This document shows positions 24,861 through 38,890 of a stretch of DNA of 64,000 bases, piece after piece. The notes beneath the pieces are model-generated. The model was not told where the DNA came from. It saw nothing but the letters and a program-made list of their open reading frames with translations, and did no database searches. A program made the position numbers and the translations under genes. The first letter of the stretch is position 1. Each line of letters starts with the position of its first letter. The stretch lies in NCBI GenBank assembly GCA_002104905.1, contig MCFE01000402.1, positions 1 to 64,000 on the forward strand, given 5' to 3'. Source of the stretch: Basidiobolus meristosporus CBS 931.73 (lineage: Eukaryota; Fungi; Basidiobolomycota).

Positions 24861-25250
24861 TGGTTTGTTGTTGATGATAATAATAATAGGTAATAGAGGT
24901 GAGAGCTTTCTACTAAGAATCACTGGATTAGCTGGGAAAATAGGAGAATTCAGAAAAAATAAAATCGTTCTAGGAATCGCCCGCGCGCGCATGTGGGGGA
25001 AAAGAAAAGCCTGGGAACTGATCCGACCGTACCACCAGGACACCCCGGTGCTGGGTAGGCTCGGTTTGGTTGATGGTAGGGTCGGGGAGGCAAAGACAAA
25101 ATTTAAATGTGTAGCTATCTTGAGTGTGAATGGGTTTTGGTTTTAAACGTGGGGTTGATGGTTGCTTGTAAACAATCAGAGGGAAATCAAGGCGATGCGA
25201 TATCCCCTCTCGGATCGGCGCATCCCTGGCATCGCTCATGGCTTCTTGGC

Positions 25251-27594
25251 TCAGGAGTCTATCAAATTCGATCTGCCGTAGAAGAACAGGTAAGCCAGGC
25301 GTTCGGGGTGTTCAGCAACCACTTCTGACTCGGGGATGCGTGTGATATTCGTGTCGTCCATATGCAGCCATTCGCCGTTTTGTCGGAGAACGTCACAGGT
25401 ATAATGTCCACCGGCTGCGAGCATACCATGGTGATAAACCACTAAGAAAATTCCCGCCTTAGAGCTGATGCAACATAAAATGGTGGATCTCAAAATCAAT
25501 TACCTCCAATTAACTTGTAGGAAATAGGCTTGGTAACTGCTTTCGACGAAGACATGATTTCTATCCCAACAGTTAGTCATGGTGGTTGCATTCGGATGGA
25601 CTTGTCCTAGTTACCTGGTGCGATGTTAAGGTCGGTTGAGTATTGAATGTGCTTGTGAACTTTTTGGATCCCGCCGACGCTGTTGTACTCGAAACGCTTG
25701 AGATGAAGGATCAACACCGGTGGAAGTGTCTCGATAAACGTTTGTCGTGTGGCCTCGACCTGAATGCCTTGACTGGTGGTGAACCCATCAATATGATCTA
25801 GCTTGGTCACGTTGAGCAAGGCATCTTCAATGGTATGGATTCCGTCAGGCTACAACGCAATATCGTGTTAGACGTGGTTACAGCTATCAAAGATAACGAG
25901 CATGCCTCTTCATACCGCAATGTCAAGTTGAAGAGCTTGGAATGGCTCGAGTGTAACAGAGTCTTTGGAGCCTGGGCATCTCAAGATTGATCTAACTTGG
26001 CCACCGAAAATCTTCTTGATTGGTGTTTCAATAACTTCGGTCTAAGTTGTAACAGTTGCGATTAATATGGTGAAGTCCACTACATAGGGTTGAATAAATC
26101 GTACAGCTCGTGTGACGGATGTTTTGTTGCGTGGGCCGACTTCCATCCATTCACTTCCGGCTCCTGTGCCATTAGTGCCCTCGTGGCTGGGCTCGGAGGG
26201 ATCTTCTTGCGAATCGGTAACTTGTGGAAGGACTAATGCAGCATAAACGTTGAGCATTTGATATCAACTAGATTTTCATACAATGCTTACTTGACATGCA
26301 TTCTTCGTGAAGCCCATCCAAGAGAAATCCCAGAAACTCCTCAGCATCTTCCTGTCTTCCCTGCAGAAAAGGAAATGGCCGTCAGCGTACGATGAACAAA
26401 ACCAAAGTGGTTGGAAGACATACTCTCATAGAATTGAATCGCTTGAGACTGCGAAGGGCATCGTAGACGTATTCGGGAACGAACGCATCTTCATACTCGA
26501 CCACACCTACGTATATCTTTAGCTCCACATTCTATCAATCAACAGTCGATCCGTGCTCATTTACCTTGCGACTCCACATCGGGCCCTTCTTGAAACTCAT
26601 TGATGAACATTACTCTATACATAATTGATCAGAATCAGTCGGAATAAACGAGGGCTACGAATTCAATCTTACAATGAATCAATCAAGGGCGTTTTACTTT
26701 TGAAGCTGTGGACCACATTCTTGCTGATGTCTTTGACCAGAGTGTAGAAAGGCGCGATGTGTGCAAGAGGCTGCAAGATCTAGATTGAGCCAGGTTGGTG
26801 AGTACAGTGGGGCAGAGCATCGCTCATGATGGAACATACCGCATTCATAAAACATGTATTGCCATTGTTGACCAAGCCTCTAGGCCTGATCAATTTCCCG
26901 TCAAAGGAAACCTTGAAGTTGTGAAGTACGTCTGAGACGCAAGTATGGTTAGTAACCGACCGGTTTCGGAGTGGTATGCTGTTCACTCACTGTCAATCCC
27001 CTGCAAAGCGACCCGTCCATTCACTTTGGGTGTTTTGGTGATGTCTTTCGAAGAAGTGACTGCTCTGGTTGAGTCTTGTCCTTCGGGGTTGGTGGTTTGC
27101 GAGTTGGCAGCATTCTCTGCTGCTTGGGCTTTGGCTTTATTCTTGTTTCTCACCAAGTCAGCCCAACTTTTGGCCGCGGGAGGGGCGGTTTCAGTGGTGG
27201 TGGTGGTGGCGGCGGCGGCGGCGGTAGTATGATTAAAGATAGTAGTGGTATCTTGCGATAAGGCTAACAGACTGGTTTTAGTAAGGGGTCGCTGAGTCAT
27301 CGCAAACATATGCTCTTACTCGGTAAAGGTTTGATTTTCCACGGTAACTATCGCGTCGATAAGCAGAGACAAGTTAACACAAGGTGAATCGAAACAGGTT
27401 AACGAGAAATATAGATACCGAAAAGGTGACGTAACTGTCCACGACTTCGTTAATCTCTTCACGGCTCAAGTCTCCAAGCGTGTAATAAGGGTGTGTGATC
27501 TAGAATACAGGTACCCAATGGGAGGATAGAAACAACTTTGAATTAGACGACCAGGCAATCTACAGAATAGTGAGAGGGCTCGTACAGTTTTCAT
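25251..27594 (-). CDS. UBP3: Ubiquitin-specific protease, Ubp3/USP10-like; multi-exon, 5' end uncertain
   Basis: Cys box PRGLVNNGNTCFMNA, LPPVLILHLKRF, His box VVYHHGMLAAGGHYTCDV, and AYLFFY. KSWADLV motif in the low-complexity N-terminal region. Confidence 0.8.
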
Positions 27595-28305
27595 GGGTCC
27601 GAAGTTGCGATAAATAATGAACAGAGAAGGCGATGAAATTAAAAAAGTCTAACAGTCAAGATGAGCCGAATCAAAGGAAGTAAAATGCGAGTGAGTTATA
27701 AGTCAGTATGTGGAATGCAACATGCTCCAGGAGAAGAGGTTCGATTGAGTTGGTATAAGCGAGGTGTTGTGGTGAACTCGAGGGATTGCTTTCAAAGAGT
27801 TTCTATGCTGTATAGGTCGATGTCTTTTCCAGTCGAAAAAAAGTAGCAAACTGGGAACCCAACGCTTCCGAAATAAAATTACAAAGTCCAAAGTTTGAAC
27901 GAATTGGTGAGATTTGACGATATTGCGTGTTGAAGAATTTGCTAGCAGGGTACTGATGTTTGATGGTCAATGATAGGTGGAATCTTGGATCCCGCTTTTT
28001 TCTTTTTTTCTGAACCACAGCATTTAGTGTGAAGTGGTGGTTAGCCATCATGGGGGATGAAGCACGTGCTTTCAATTTGGGTTAATTTAATCCAACATTT
28101 GATTTTGTTGCGGGGTAGGAGGTGAAGGTATGGTTGATGAGGATGGTAAGAGTTGCCATGTATGTAGAATGGCCTACTTCTATAACCGGATTCAGAGTGC
28201 TGTGAGGGAAGGGCTACATTTACACAAAGTAGAGCAGGGGAATAGTGAATGTGATCTGGAAGATGTGCTGTAACAAGAGTCTGTATCCAAACATGCCATA
28301 TTTTC

Positions 28306-30241
28306 TTATTGCTGACTGCATTGAACACCTGGTCCACCTCTGCCTTCGTCTTCCTCATCCTCCTCGTATGCGTTTCCGCCAGAGGAGCCTGTGGTACCGT
28401 ACTAGACACGCAAGGTAAGTATTTCCAATGTTACTGCCGATAGCCGTTGAAATGTTACCTGTGAGATGTTAGAGTCATGCAGGTGAATCTCATCAATAAC
28501 CTCCGGACGGGCCGCTTCGGCAGGGCGAGGGGGGAGTACGCTTTCCAGAGTCTTTGAAGATCATTAGCCACCAAAAACGGGTCTCCAGCTAAATAAGTGA
28601 TTTCATACCTTGTATTCGGGGTTTGAGAGCCATCCATTAGGTGGGAACTCAACATCGAATTGAACATAAAGGTTTCCTTTGTCGAAAGGTCTCTTGTACT
28701 GAGGCATACCTTCGCCCATGATGCACTTGACATCCCCTACACCAAACAGTCAGCATTGCAAGGTGGTGCTGTATATTCAATAGAAAGCATTTACCAGGCT
28801 TGATGACCTCTCCAGGTGGGTGGTTCACAACCAAGCCACGACCATCCAAGTGAGTTACTATACATTTGGAGAATCCGCAAAGCGCCTCTGTCAAGGTGAT
28901 TTTAACATGGGCCAACAAGTCCGCCCCCTTTCTTTCGAAAGTGTCGTGGTCCTGTTGCTTCACAACTAGGACAACATCACCAGTTTCAATTCCAGGCTAT
29001 TGTGATATTCGATAAGTGTCTGCTTTGCTGAAGACGTGTCGAGCTTGGTTACCTCTTGGTCAGCTTCTCCTTTCACGACGATCTTTTGGCCGTCTTTCAT
29101 GCCCTTGTCGATGAATGCCTCAAGAATCTTGCGTTCGTTGGTGACCTTCTTGCCCTTACATTTCTTGCATCTATCTTTCTCCTTGATGATCTCTCCTTTA
29201 CCGTCACCTGGTAGTAATGTGTGATGAATACCATAATGCAACCAACAAATGCAGCCGAGGACTACACTTACATGAGGTACAAGCAACTTGCATCTGTTGC
29301 ATCATGCCAGGAGCGATCTGGCGCATGGTCATTTTGACACCGTGACCATCGCAGCTGGTACATTTCTTGACTGCGCCGGATTTTCCACCCTTGCTACATT
29401 GATAGGAAGATCAGTCCCCACCACAAGCGATCGGCTGTTCTATGCTTTACTAACCCATGACAGTGCGAGCAGATAACGTTCCTTTGGAGAGCCATCTTGG
29501 TGGCTTTACCGTTATAAAGGTCCTCAAGAGTTACTTTAAGAGGGTGTACGATATCCTCGCCACGTTGCTTCCAATTACGAGGGCCACCGGCTAACAACTT
29601 GATCAATCAATGCAATATGAGAAGCAAATAGGTGCGCCTTTTACCTCCAAATGAAGGACCCCCAAAGCCGCCACCGAAGAATTGAGCAAAAATGTCTTCG
29701 GGGTTCATTCCGTAGTCACCGCCTCCATTGCCGCCTTCTTCACCAAAGCGATCATAATGTTCTCTACATTTTTCTCCCATTGTTAAACCCGCTCCTGGAC
29801 AATCCAATTTTTCTTTCTGGTAAAACCAACCTCTTATCAGGATCGCTCAGAATCTCGTAAGCGTGGCTGATTTCCTTGAACTGGAATTGGAGAAGGTGTA
29901 TTAGTCAGCTGATTGAAGCCCTCGAAAGTCCTTTCCTAACCGACTTGCCTTTTCTCCTTCATCGGGGTTCTTGTCAGGATGGAATTTCATAGCCTGCAAG
30001 GGATGGGTCAGATAGAGCATGGTGTACGAGAGTGCCGGTTTCAGCGAGCTGTCTGGCTATCTATCTATTCGAGCGGGAATATCTCCCAAGTGAAATACTG
30101 ACCAATTTACGATAGGCCTAGAGAATTGGGATCAATACTTGTCTTGACTCGAGAATACTGGTGAATACTCAACGGTACCTTTTTGATTTCTGAATCAGTG
30201 GCATCTCTCTCGACACCCAAGATCTCGTAATAGCTAGACAT
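28306..30241 (-). CDS. YDJ1: Type I Hsp40/DnaJ chaperone with C-terminal CaaX
   Basis: J domain YYEILGV...[10 protein letters not shown] region, [20 protein letters not shown], CxxCxGxG repeats ([20 protein letters not shown]), ending GVQCSQQ-stop. Confidence 0.92.
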
Positions 30242-30900
30242 GGCACGAACAAAAAAGCTATGTATTCCAAAGCAAAGATACTATTAAACCAGTTTTCGCC
30301 CAGTCTATGTAAGGTGGGAGCACCGGTGATTAAAGTGAAATATTGTTAACGATCTATAACCAAATCATATTGTTCACCCTAGATATCAAAATAACTCTCC
30401 CATGTACATGAGATCAAAATTTTCCATATTTCCCTTCGGGATTTCCTGGAGCAAGACGAATCAACAGTTGTTCTCCATGCCCACTTGAGGCTTGTGTTAC
30501 CCAATTCTTTCCAGCGTCGCAGTAAATTGAAATGCCCAAATTGGTTCGAAAAGCCACTTGAGTTGTTGATCCATAAACAATCCTAAAAAGGCGCATCCTC
30601 CATATGAACCCAATACATCATTGGCTTGCCTTGCGGCTCATACAAGGATAGTAATGTCTCTAGGAAGGTAGATTTGTTACCCTCTTTGCCAGCGCTACGT
30701 GAATGTCTACTTTGTCTCTTAGCCAAGCGAATACATCGTTATAGTCTCAATCTCCTGTGAAGCATGCACCAAACTTGGCTGAGTAATGCCGTCCATTGTA
30801 AAAAGTAGAGGTCATTAAATCATCTGCCTACAAATATCCAGCCTGCTTCGTATTGAATAGCAAAACCAACACATTTGCAATTGATTCCCTTATCCATAAA

Positions 30901-31378
30901 AGTTGAATCGCTTGTCCATAGTCTGCACGCTGTTGATGGTCACTTTGGCCAATGGAGATCACTTGCGGTTCACGAAGCCAGCTAGCAGTGGCCATATAGC
31001 TAGTACTTCAGTATCCAGCTACAACTTCAACCCGTTCCCTACTTAATGATAAACAAGGAGGTCGAGCTTGGTCACAAAAAAACAGAAGCACAGCTTCACC
31101 GCTTGAATTTTGGAACACTAATTCGGCGCTTGCTCTCACTGGAGCCTGCAGAGTTCCAATATGAATTTGGATTCAGGGACGCGAGATTTGTTCAGATGGA
31201 GCCTGGTGTAGCTGATCGGAAATATGATACCACTGGCGTTAAAGCACTAGACGATGACTCAGATTACTTCAGATAATGAGGATGAAGATGACGAGGACAC
31301 CAACCTAGAGGAGGCCGAGTTGTGGGGAAGGTTTGGCGGTCGTGGGCGATGGGACGTGGTAGATGGGGAAGATGGTAA
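30901..31378 (+). pseudogene. Array copy 1, degenerate A-type
   Basis: SIVCTLLMVTLANGDH is recognisable, but there is no ATG, an internal deletion, frameshifts and a shortened tail. Confidence 0.8.
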
Positions 31379-31805
31379 ACTACAGTGAACTTCACAATTT
31401 GCTCACAAGTCTGGATCATCACCAAGATTAGGCCTAATAAATGCCTAGAGCGATATGTGAAATGTAACATTAGCACTAACTGCTTTAATAAAGCCTACAA
31501 CAATTGTAAGACACTCAAATTCACTATCCTACCATTTCATAGCAATAATATACAGCTTTCAGCAAGGCCGCAAATGTTAAAGCAGTATTCACCTGCAGAT
31601 GACTGCCAAAGAATCACTTATCCCTACTATGCCTACTCATTAGGTAGTACTCTGGAGTTTTCTGGTAACAGAATAGCCACTTGCAACATTCAAAGGATCG
31701 TGAACTAATTCACTTTGCTGGCTACTTATTAGGCTACTCAAGCTTAGTGACCGATCTATATCCTATTTGTTGCGTTTATTATCCCAGCATTCTGATGACG
31801 GTGAG

Positions 31806-31882
31806 TATAATAAACCATATCTGAATTGAGTGAATTGAATGATAATGAGTCTAACTAAGCAATTCAACCAGAATAAAAGCGC
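31806..31882 (+). promoter_or_regulatory. Example of the three-part upstream module shared by most array copies (TATAATAA(A/G) ... ATGAG(T)CT ... ATAAAA)
   Basis: Seen at 31806/31845/31873, 38139/38171/38206, 53558/-/53625 and 55717/55751/55779, with 62-67 nt between the first and last element. Confidence 0.55.
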
Positions 31883-31948
31883 ATCAAAGAGTCTCCAAAA
31901 ACTCAGACTTGAGCTCTCCAAAGCAACTACACCCAAAAGTACCCGAAG

Positions 31949-32515
31949 ATGTTTCCTAAAATTGCCATTGTCGGTTCGCTCTTGATGGCCACCCTGGCCT
32001 ATGGTGACCATTTGAAGTTCGTTAAGCCAGCAACCAGCAACAATGCAGCCATTGCCTCCGTGTCCAACCATGAATTCAACCCATTTTACAACACTGGTCG
32101 TGGCGTCCTTATTCCAAACTACCTGATCAATAGGGACATTGAACTTGCACCAGAAGAAATCCGTCGACGCCACCTGAATATTGGTGCATTGATTGATCGC
32201 TTACTCTCGCTGAAGACCTTGGGGTTCGCAAACGAGTTTGAGTTCAAGGGGGCAAGATTCATTGACTTGGAGCCAGCCCATGAGTTTGTCACCAAGAATA
32301 CCGACATGAAGTATGGCACTACAAGTGATGAAGCAGTGAACGACAACTCCGACATTACTTCAGATAATGAGGATGAAGATGACGAGGACACCAACCCAGA
32401 GGAAGCTGAGCTATGGGGAAGATTTGGTGGTCGTGGGCGCTGGAGACGTGGCAGATGGGGCCGTGGACGATGGGGACGCGGTCGCTGGGGACGTGGTAGA
32501 TGGGGAAGATGGTAG
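31949..32515 (+). CDS. Array copy 2, A-type precursor (188 aa)
   Basis: Intact. MFPKIAIVGSLLMATLAYG signal; tail WGRFGGRGRWRRGRWGRGRWGRGRWGRGRWGRW. Confidence 0.9.
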   Translation: MFPKIAIVGSLLMATLAYGDHLKFVKPATSNNAAIASVSNHEFNPFYNTGRGVLIPNYLINRDIELAPEEIRRRHLNIGALIDRLLSLKTLGFANEFEFKGARFIDLEPAHEFVTKNTDMKYGTTSDEAVNDNSDITSDNEDEDDEDTNPEEAELWGRFGGRGRWRRGRWGRGRWGRGRWGRGRWGRW

Positions 32516-33150
32516 ACTGCAATATGCCGCATTCTTCGCTTCACTCACCGAGATACTTCCTGGGATGGCATCTGAAGAATACCTCAGTTGTATTTTCAAG
32601 TAATGATTGAACCGGTCATGCTAAATAAAGACTTCTCATCTATGCAACAGTTCCTTCATTTTGTTATCTGAATATTCTAACAGATGCTCTAGACAAGTTT
32701 GGCTACAACAACATGCCTCAATGTCAATTCCATGTGTATTGGTCAATGCGAAGCCTTCTTCCCCCATAATTGCCTCTAATGTCGTCATGATGAATATGCT
32801 ATAGCTAAAATGCCGACTTGCGAGTCAGGTACTAGCTATGTATCCTGCAGCTCTCTGGAGTTTCCAGCAGCAGAATAGTCACTTGCGGTATACAAATTTC
32901 CAAGAAATACATTCACTTAGCCGACTATATGTAGTCTACTCAAGCTTGACACCCGATCCATTTATTATTTGTTGTGTTAGTTACGTCGATGCTCCAAAGG
33001 CAATGAGTTTAATAAAGCATGCCTGGATTGGGTGAATTGAATGATGACGAGTCTAACTAAGCAATTCAACCAGAATAAAAGCGCATCAAAGAGTCTCCAA
33101 AAACTCAGACTTGAGCTCTCCAAAGCAACTACACCCAAAAGTACCCGAAG

Positions 33151-33718
33151 ATGTTTCCTAAAATTGCCATTGTCGGTTCGCTCTTGATGGCCACCCTGGC
33201 CTATGGTGACCATTTGAAGTTCGTTCAAGCCAGCAACCAGCAACAATGCAGCCATTGCCTCCGTGTCCAACCATGAATTCAACCCATTTTACAACACTGG
33301 TCATGGCATCCTCATTCCAAACTACCTGATAAATCGAGAGGTTGAGCTCGCACCAGAAGAAATCCGTCGACGCCACCTGAATATTGGTGCATTGATTGAT
33401 CGCTTACTCTCGCTGAAGACCTTGGGGTTCGCAAACGAGTTTGAGTTCAAGGGGGCAAGATTCATTGACTTGGAACCAGCCCATGAGTTTGTCACCAAGA
33501 ACACCGACATGAAGTATGGCACTACAAGTGATGAAGCAGTGAATGACAACTCCGACATTACTTCTGATAATGAGAATGAAGATAGCGAGGACACCAACCC
33601 AGAGGAAGCTGAGCTATGGGGAAGATTTGGCGGTCGTGGGCGCTGGAGACGTGGCAGATGGGGCCGTGGACGATGGGGACGCGGTCGCTGGGGACGTGGT
33701 AGATGGGGAAGATGGTAG
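33151..33718 (+). CDS. Array copy 3, A-type, +1 frameshift near 33226 (pseudogene or consensus error)
   Basis: Near-identical to copy 2 apart from one extra C in ttcgttCaag. Confidence 0.7.
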
Positions 33719-34765
33719 TCTTCAATGTGCTTCGCTCTTTACATTAATGGCGAAAACTCTCCCGGGGTTAGCGGCAAAGAAAAAACACCAGAGTCGAGTT
33801 TTGTAGCTAGGCTTGAATTGATCATACTAAATAAAGACTAGTCATCTATACTACAAGGCTATTGTCGTTTTCTGTACATTCCAACATAAAAACCTACCTC
33901 AATGCTAACCCCATACACAATGTCTATCATGAGGTCTTTTTGCTTACCGTTTCCTCGAATGCGGTCGGTTCGGAAGAAGATGCTGAATTCTGGCAAAGCA
34001 GTTGCTTTACCAAACGTTCAGTGATTTTCCAGTTTTTCCGGAAGAGGAGTCAGTTTTGAAGCGAAATGTAATATCGGCATTAGCACCAATAAAGCTCGAG
34101 TTTATGTTATGTAATGATATAGCATTCTCTTCCTGGTATTACAATTTCATGTTGCAATTAGATGAAGGTACATACTTTAAAACAGTGGCTTATATCGCTG
34201 CCAGTTGGGCTTGTAAGGGCACGAATGGAAATGGCTTCTTAGCCTTCCCACCATCAGAATCTGGGATGAACCATTGATCAATCGTGGCTTATGTTGCTCC
34301 ATAATTTTTCGTTGGTTTCTCGAGGGAAAATTAAAAAACATCGAATGCGTAATGTTTATCTCATAACATATATGCTCTCTGTGAAGAACATAAAAAGTAC
34401 TTTCTAATACCCGAATACGAATGGTGACTGCTCTTCAGCCCACATGAAATCCTGATAATATGGGAAGCTTCAGCACCGACATTCATCAATCATGCTTCGT
34501 AACAAAGCTCGCTGTAATGTTGCAATTTTCCGCAATGTTTCAAATGGATATATTTGGCACTGCGAAGCGTCATTACCACTGACATCGCCAGAGAGATTGT
34601 GTATCCTCCCAAGTACTGTAAATTTGAAAAAGTGAGCCCAAAAGCTTATGCATGATGAAATGGTGGACCCGGAGCTCAACATGTCACTTTATGCCTGATA
34701 AAAGAGCAATTATCAGGCTCTGGGAAGTAAGATTCGAAATTTCCAGACCAACAACAGCCTTGAGG

Positions 34766-35405
34766 ATGCTTCTTAAACTATCCATTTTCTATTCCTTGTT
34801 GATGACCACTCTGGCTTATAGGGACCACTTGAGGTTCTTTGAGCCAGTCCGTAGTAACAATGCGGCCATTGCCTCCGTGTCTAGCCGTGCATTCGGACCA
34901 TTCTACTATACCGATCAAGGTGTAGTCTTACCCTACTTCATGCTGGGTGAAAATGTCGATATCATCCCAGAGGAGGCTCGAGTTCGTCGTCTGAAGGTAG
35001 GGAGCGTAATCAAGCGTTTGCCACACCGCAGGTACAAGAAAGTGCCTCGGAAGCATGGGCACAGGTATATCAAGAAGGCTGATGTGGAGCCAAATACTGA
35101 GCCTGCCACTAGTGAGAATGACGTTGGGCCTATATCGGAGCCTAAAGCTGGGAAGCCCATTGATGAGCCCGCTAAAGAACCGAAACAAGAGCTTGTAGAA
35201 GAGCCAGCCACTGGTGAGACAGATACTAAGACCACTGGCAACAATGAGGCTGTAAAAAACAACCCAGACATCGCATCTGATGAAGACAGCGAGAATGATG
35301 CTGACTCTGAGGAAGCCAAGCTCGGGTAGATGGGGCCGTGGAAGAGGAAGACGTGGCCGCTGGGGACGTGGTAGAAGAGGTCGTGGCAGATGGGGAAGAT
35401 GGTAA
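34766..35405 (+). pseudogene. Array copy 4, divergent A/B intermediate; 2-bp loss at ~35324 puts the R/W tail out of frame
   Basis: The ORF stops at EEAKLG-stop (35329). The tail RWGRGRGRRGRWGRGRRGRGRWGRW continues in another frame to TAA at 35405. Confidence 0.7.
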
Positions 35406-35941
35406 ATGTGAGGTGGATTCAATCGCATCCTCACAAACAACCTATCCACAAGATATGCTTATTCCTGCCGATCTTTACACAACAAATAAAATTTAGGAGC
35501 GATCATACCCAGCTTTGTTTCAACTTTGATTTATCACATGTGTTAATATGATTTTGAAAATGGTCGGTTAACGCTGGGCTAATAAACAGCATACCCACAC
35601 CTCACGCTCGAGATACCAATGAAAAATATACCTTCAAGTATCTAAACTATAAGTTATCTTGGGAGCGTTAACGGTTTTCAGGCAGTACTTGCAATTCATA
35701 TATGTAGCGGACACCAATTATACCGTCAGTGTCTTATGAGCTGTGGGCGCGTATCCAAGGGTGAGAATTCCATGATGCGAAAGAATTCGGAGTCGTGAGT
35801 ATAATATAATAGGGTTAAGCAATTATAAGTGGCTTAATGAGCTTAATTGGTTGTTAAAGGTTTGTTGTGTATAAGTATGCCGCCTAGGCACTCTCAACAA
35901 TCAGACTAGAGCTTCAAAAAGCCCACACTAGCTACTCGAAG

Positions 35942-36536
35942 ATGCTTTTCAAACCTTCCGTTCTTTGCTCGCTACTGATGGCCACTATGGCCTATGGAGA
36001 TCACGCAAAGTTCTTCAAGCCAGCTGCCAGTAATACTATGGCCGTCGCTTCCGTATCTGACCACGGATTCAGTCCAATCGGCTACACTGATCAAGGTGTC
36101 ATCTTCCCCTACTACATGCTGGATGAAGATATCGAGATTACCCCAGAGGAGGCTCAGCTTCGTCGTCTGAAGATCGGGAGCATGGTGAAGCGTGCATCCC
36201 ATCACAAGTCCAAGAAGGTGTACAAGAAGCATAGCAAGAAACACCACAAGAAGACCAAGCATAAGGTTGGAGAGAAGACCGATGTAGAGCCAATGACTGA
36301 GCCAACCACAGGTGAGGGCGATGTTGATGCTCCTGTCAATGATGAGGCAGCCGAGGATGACTTGGATATTGCAGCTGACGAAGACAACGAGGATGACACT
36401 GACCCTGAGGAAGCCGAGCTCTGGGGTCGCTGGGGCCGTGGAAGGTGGGGACGCGGTCGGTGGGACGAGGCGCTGGGGACGTGGGAGATGGGGCCGTGGC
36501 AGATGGGGACGTGGTAGATGGGGAAGAAGATGGTAA
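35942..36536 (+). CDS. Array copy 5, B-type, two 1-bp deletions inside the tail (~36461-36471)
   Basis: MLFKPSVLCSLLMATMAYG signal and K/H tract. The tail switches frame at G and C homopolymers. Confidence 0.75.
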
Positions 36537-37111
36537 ATCCATACGTGGATCCAACCATATCCTCAATACCAAAGCAACAGCAAGACTTCTAGTTCATGTA
36601 TTGATATGATTAGGCAGTGCGCATCCCAGCCAATCATCATACAATAAATCAATTTTAGGAGTGATCGCATCCACTATTGTTTCATTTTCGATTTATCACA
36701 CATGGTATAATGATATGAAAAAGATTGGGTTCCTCTGGGCTAATAAGCAGCATACCCTCATTTCACCCGCGAGATAACAATGCAAAGGGTTTTTGCAAAT
36801 ACATGAATTAAGGGCCACCTTGAGAGCGTGTACGGTGGTTTTCAGGCATTGCTTGCATATTTGGCGGACACCAATTATACTGTCTCTTAGGCTGCGGGCG
36901 CGTATCCAAGAGTGAGAATTTAATGTGGCTGAAGAATTTGAAGTCGAACAAGCAATATAATAAGGTCGACTCAATATAGGTAGCTCCATGAGCTAAATCT
37001 AGTATTGGAAGGGCTCTCATGCATAAAAATAGCGCCTTTGCTGTCTCGAAAATCATACTAGAGCTTTCCAAAGTCGCTGTAAACCACTCTAGCAACACCT
37101 GCCACTCGAAG

Positions 37112-37709
37112 ATGATTTTCAAGCCTTCAGTTCTTTGCTCGCTACTAATGGCCACCCTGGCCTATGGCGATCATGCGAAGTTCTTCAAGCCAGCTGCCAG
37201 TGGCAGTGTGGCCGTCGCTTCCATATCCAACCACGGATTCAGTCCAATCCGCTACACTGATCAAGGTGTCATCTTCCCCTACTACATGCTGGATGAAGAT
37301 ATCGAGATTACCCCAGGAGGAGGCTCAGCTTCGTCGTCTGAAGATCGGCAGCATGGTGAAGCGTGCACCCCATCATAAGTACAAGAAGGTGTACAAGAAG
37401 CATAGCAAGAAGCACCACAAGAAGACTGAGCATAAGGTTGGAGAGAAGACCGATGTGGAGCCAATGACTGAGCCATCCCACGGTGAGGGCGATGTCGATG
37501 CTCCTGTCAATGATGAGGCAGCCGAGGATGACTTGGATATTGCAGCTGACGAAGACAACGAGGATGACACTGACCCTGAGGAAGCCGAGCTCTGGGGTCG
37601 CTGGGGCCGTGGAAGGTGGGGACGCGGTCGGTGGGGACGTGGCCGCTGGGGACGTGGGAGATGGGGCCGTGGCAGATGGGGACGGGGTAGATGGGGAAGA
37701 AGATGGTAA
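37112..37709 (+). CDS. Array copy 6, B-type, +1 G frameshift at ~37316
   Basis: Split across ORFs 37019-37378 and 37164-37709, which join into a normal B-type precursor. Confidence 0.75.
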
Positions 37710-38294
37710 ATCCATAGTGGATCCAACCATATTCTCAGTACCGAAGCAACAGCAAGACTTCTAGTTCATGTATTGATATGATTAGGCAGTGCTCATTCCA
37801 GCCAATCATTATACAATAAATCAATTTTAGGAGTGATCACACCCACTGTTTTTTCGATTTAGATTTATCACACATGGGATCATGATATGAAAAAGATTGG
37901 GTACCTCTGGACTAAAAAGCAGCCTACCCACATCTTGCTCACGAGACATTGATGAAAGAAGTACCATCAAGAATCTAGTATTTAAGCTATCTTTATGGCG
38001 TTTACAGTGCTAGCAGGTCGATGAGTGTAATCCATACGTGCAGTGGACACTTATTACAACAATTAGGCTCAATAGGATATGGGCGCATATCCTATAGTAA
38101 GACTTCAGCGGGTGAAGAGTTTGAAGTGGAACAAGCAATATAATAAGGTCGACTCAATATAGGTAGCTCCATGAGCTAAATCTAGCATTGGAGGGGCTCT
38201 TATGCATAAAAATAGCGCCTTTGCTGTCTCGAAAATCATACTAGAGCTTTCCAAAGTCGTTGTAAACCACTCTAGCAGCACCTGCCACTCGAAG

Positions 38295-38890
38295 ATGATT
38301 TTCAAACCTTCCGTCCTTTGCTCGCTACTAATGGCCACACTGGCCTATGGTGATCATGCGAAGTTCTTCAAGCCAGCTGACAGTAGCAATATGGCTGTCG
38401 CTTCCGTGTCTGACCACGGATTCAGTCCAATCCGCTACACTGATCAAGGTGTCATCTTCCCCTACTACATGCTGGATGAAGACATCGAGATTACCCCAGA
38501 GGAGGCTCAGCTTCGTCGTCTGAAGATCGGGAGCATGGTGAAGCGTGCACCCCATCATAAGTACAAGAAGGTGTACAAGAAGCATAGCAAGAAGCACCAC
38601 AAGAAGACTGAGCATAAGGTTGGAGAGAAGACCGATGTAGAGCCAATGACTGAGCCAACCACAGGTGAGGGCGATGTCGATGCTCCTGTCAATGATGAGG
38701 CAGCCGAGGATGACTTGGATATTGCAGCTGACGAAGACAACGAGGATGACACTGACCCTGAGGAAGCCGAGCTCTGGGGTCGCTGGGGCCGTGGAAGGTG
38801 GGGACGCGGTCGGTGGGGACGTGGCCGCTGGGGACGTGGGAGATGGGGTCGGGCAGATGGGGCCGTGGCAGATGGGGAAGAAGATGGTAA
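38295..38890 (+). CDS. Array copy 7, B-type, -1 frameshift in the tail (~38851)
   Basis: Normal up to (GRGRW)4, then reads ADGAVADG because one T is missing. Confidence 0.75.

Noticed and set aside
27194-27224. (GTG)n(GCG)n trinucleotide run
   Set aside because: It encodes a poly-Ala/poly-Thr stretch in the disordered N-terminus of the ubiquitin protease, which is ordinary.
30400-30900. Degenerate minus-strand reading (…KSTFLETLLSLYEPQGKPMMYWVHMEDAPF*DCLW…) at the left edge of the array
   Set aside because: It has stops and shifts and no identifiable transposase or enzyme motif, so it cannot be assigned without a search.
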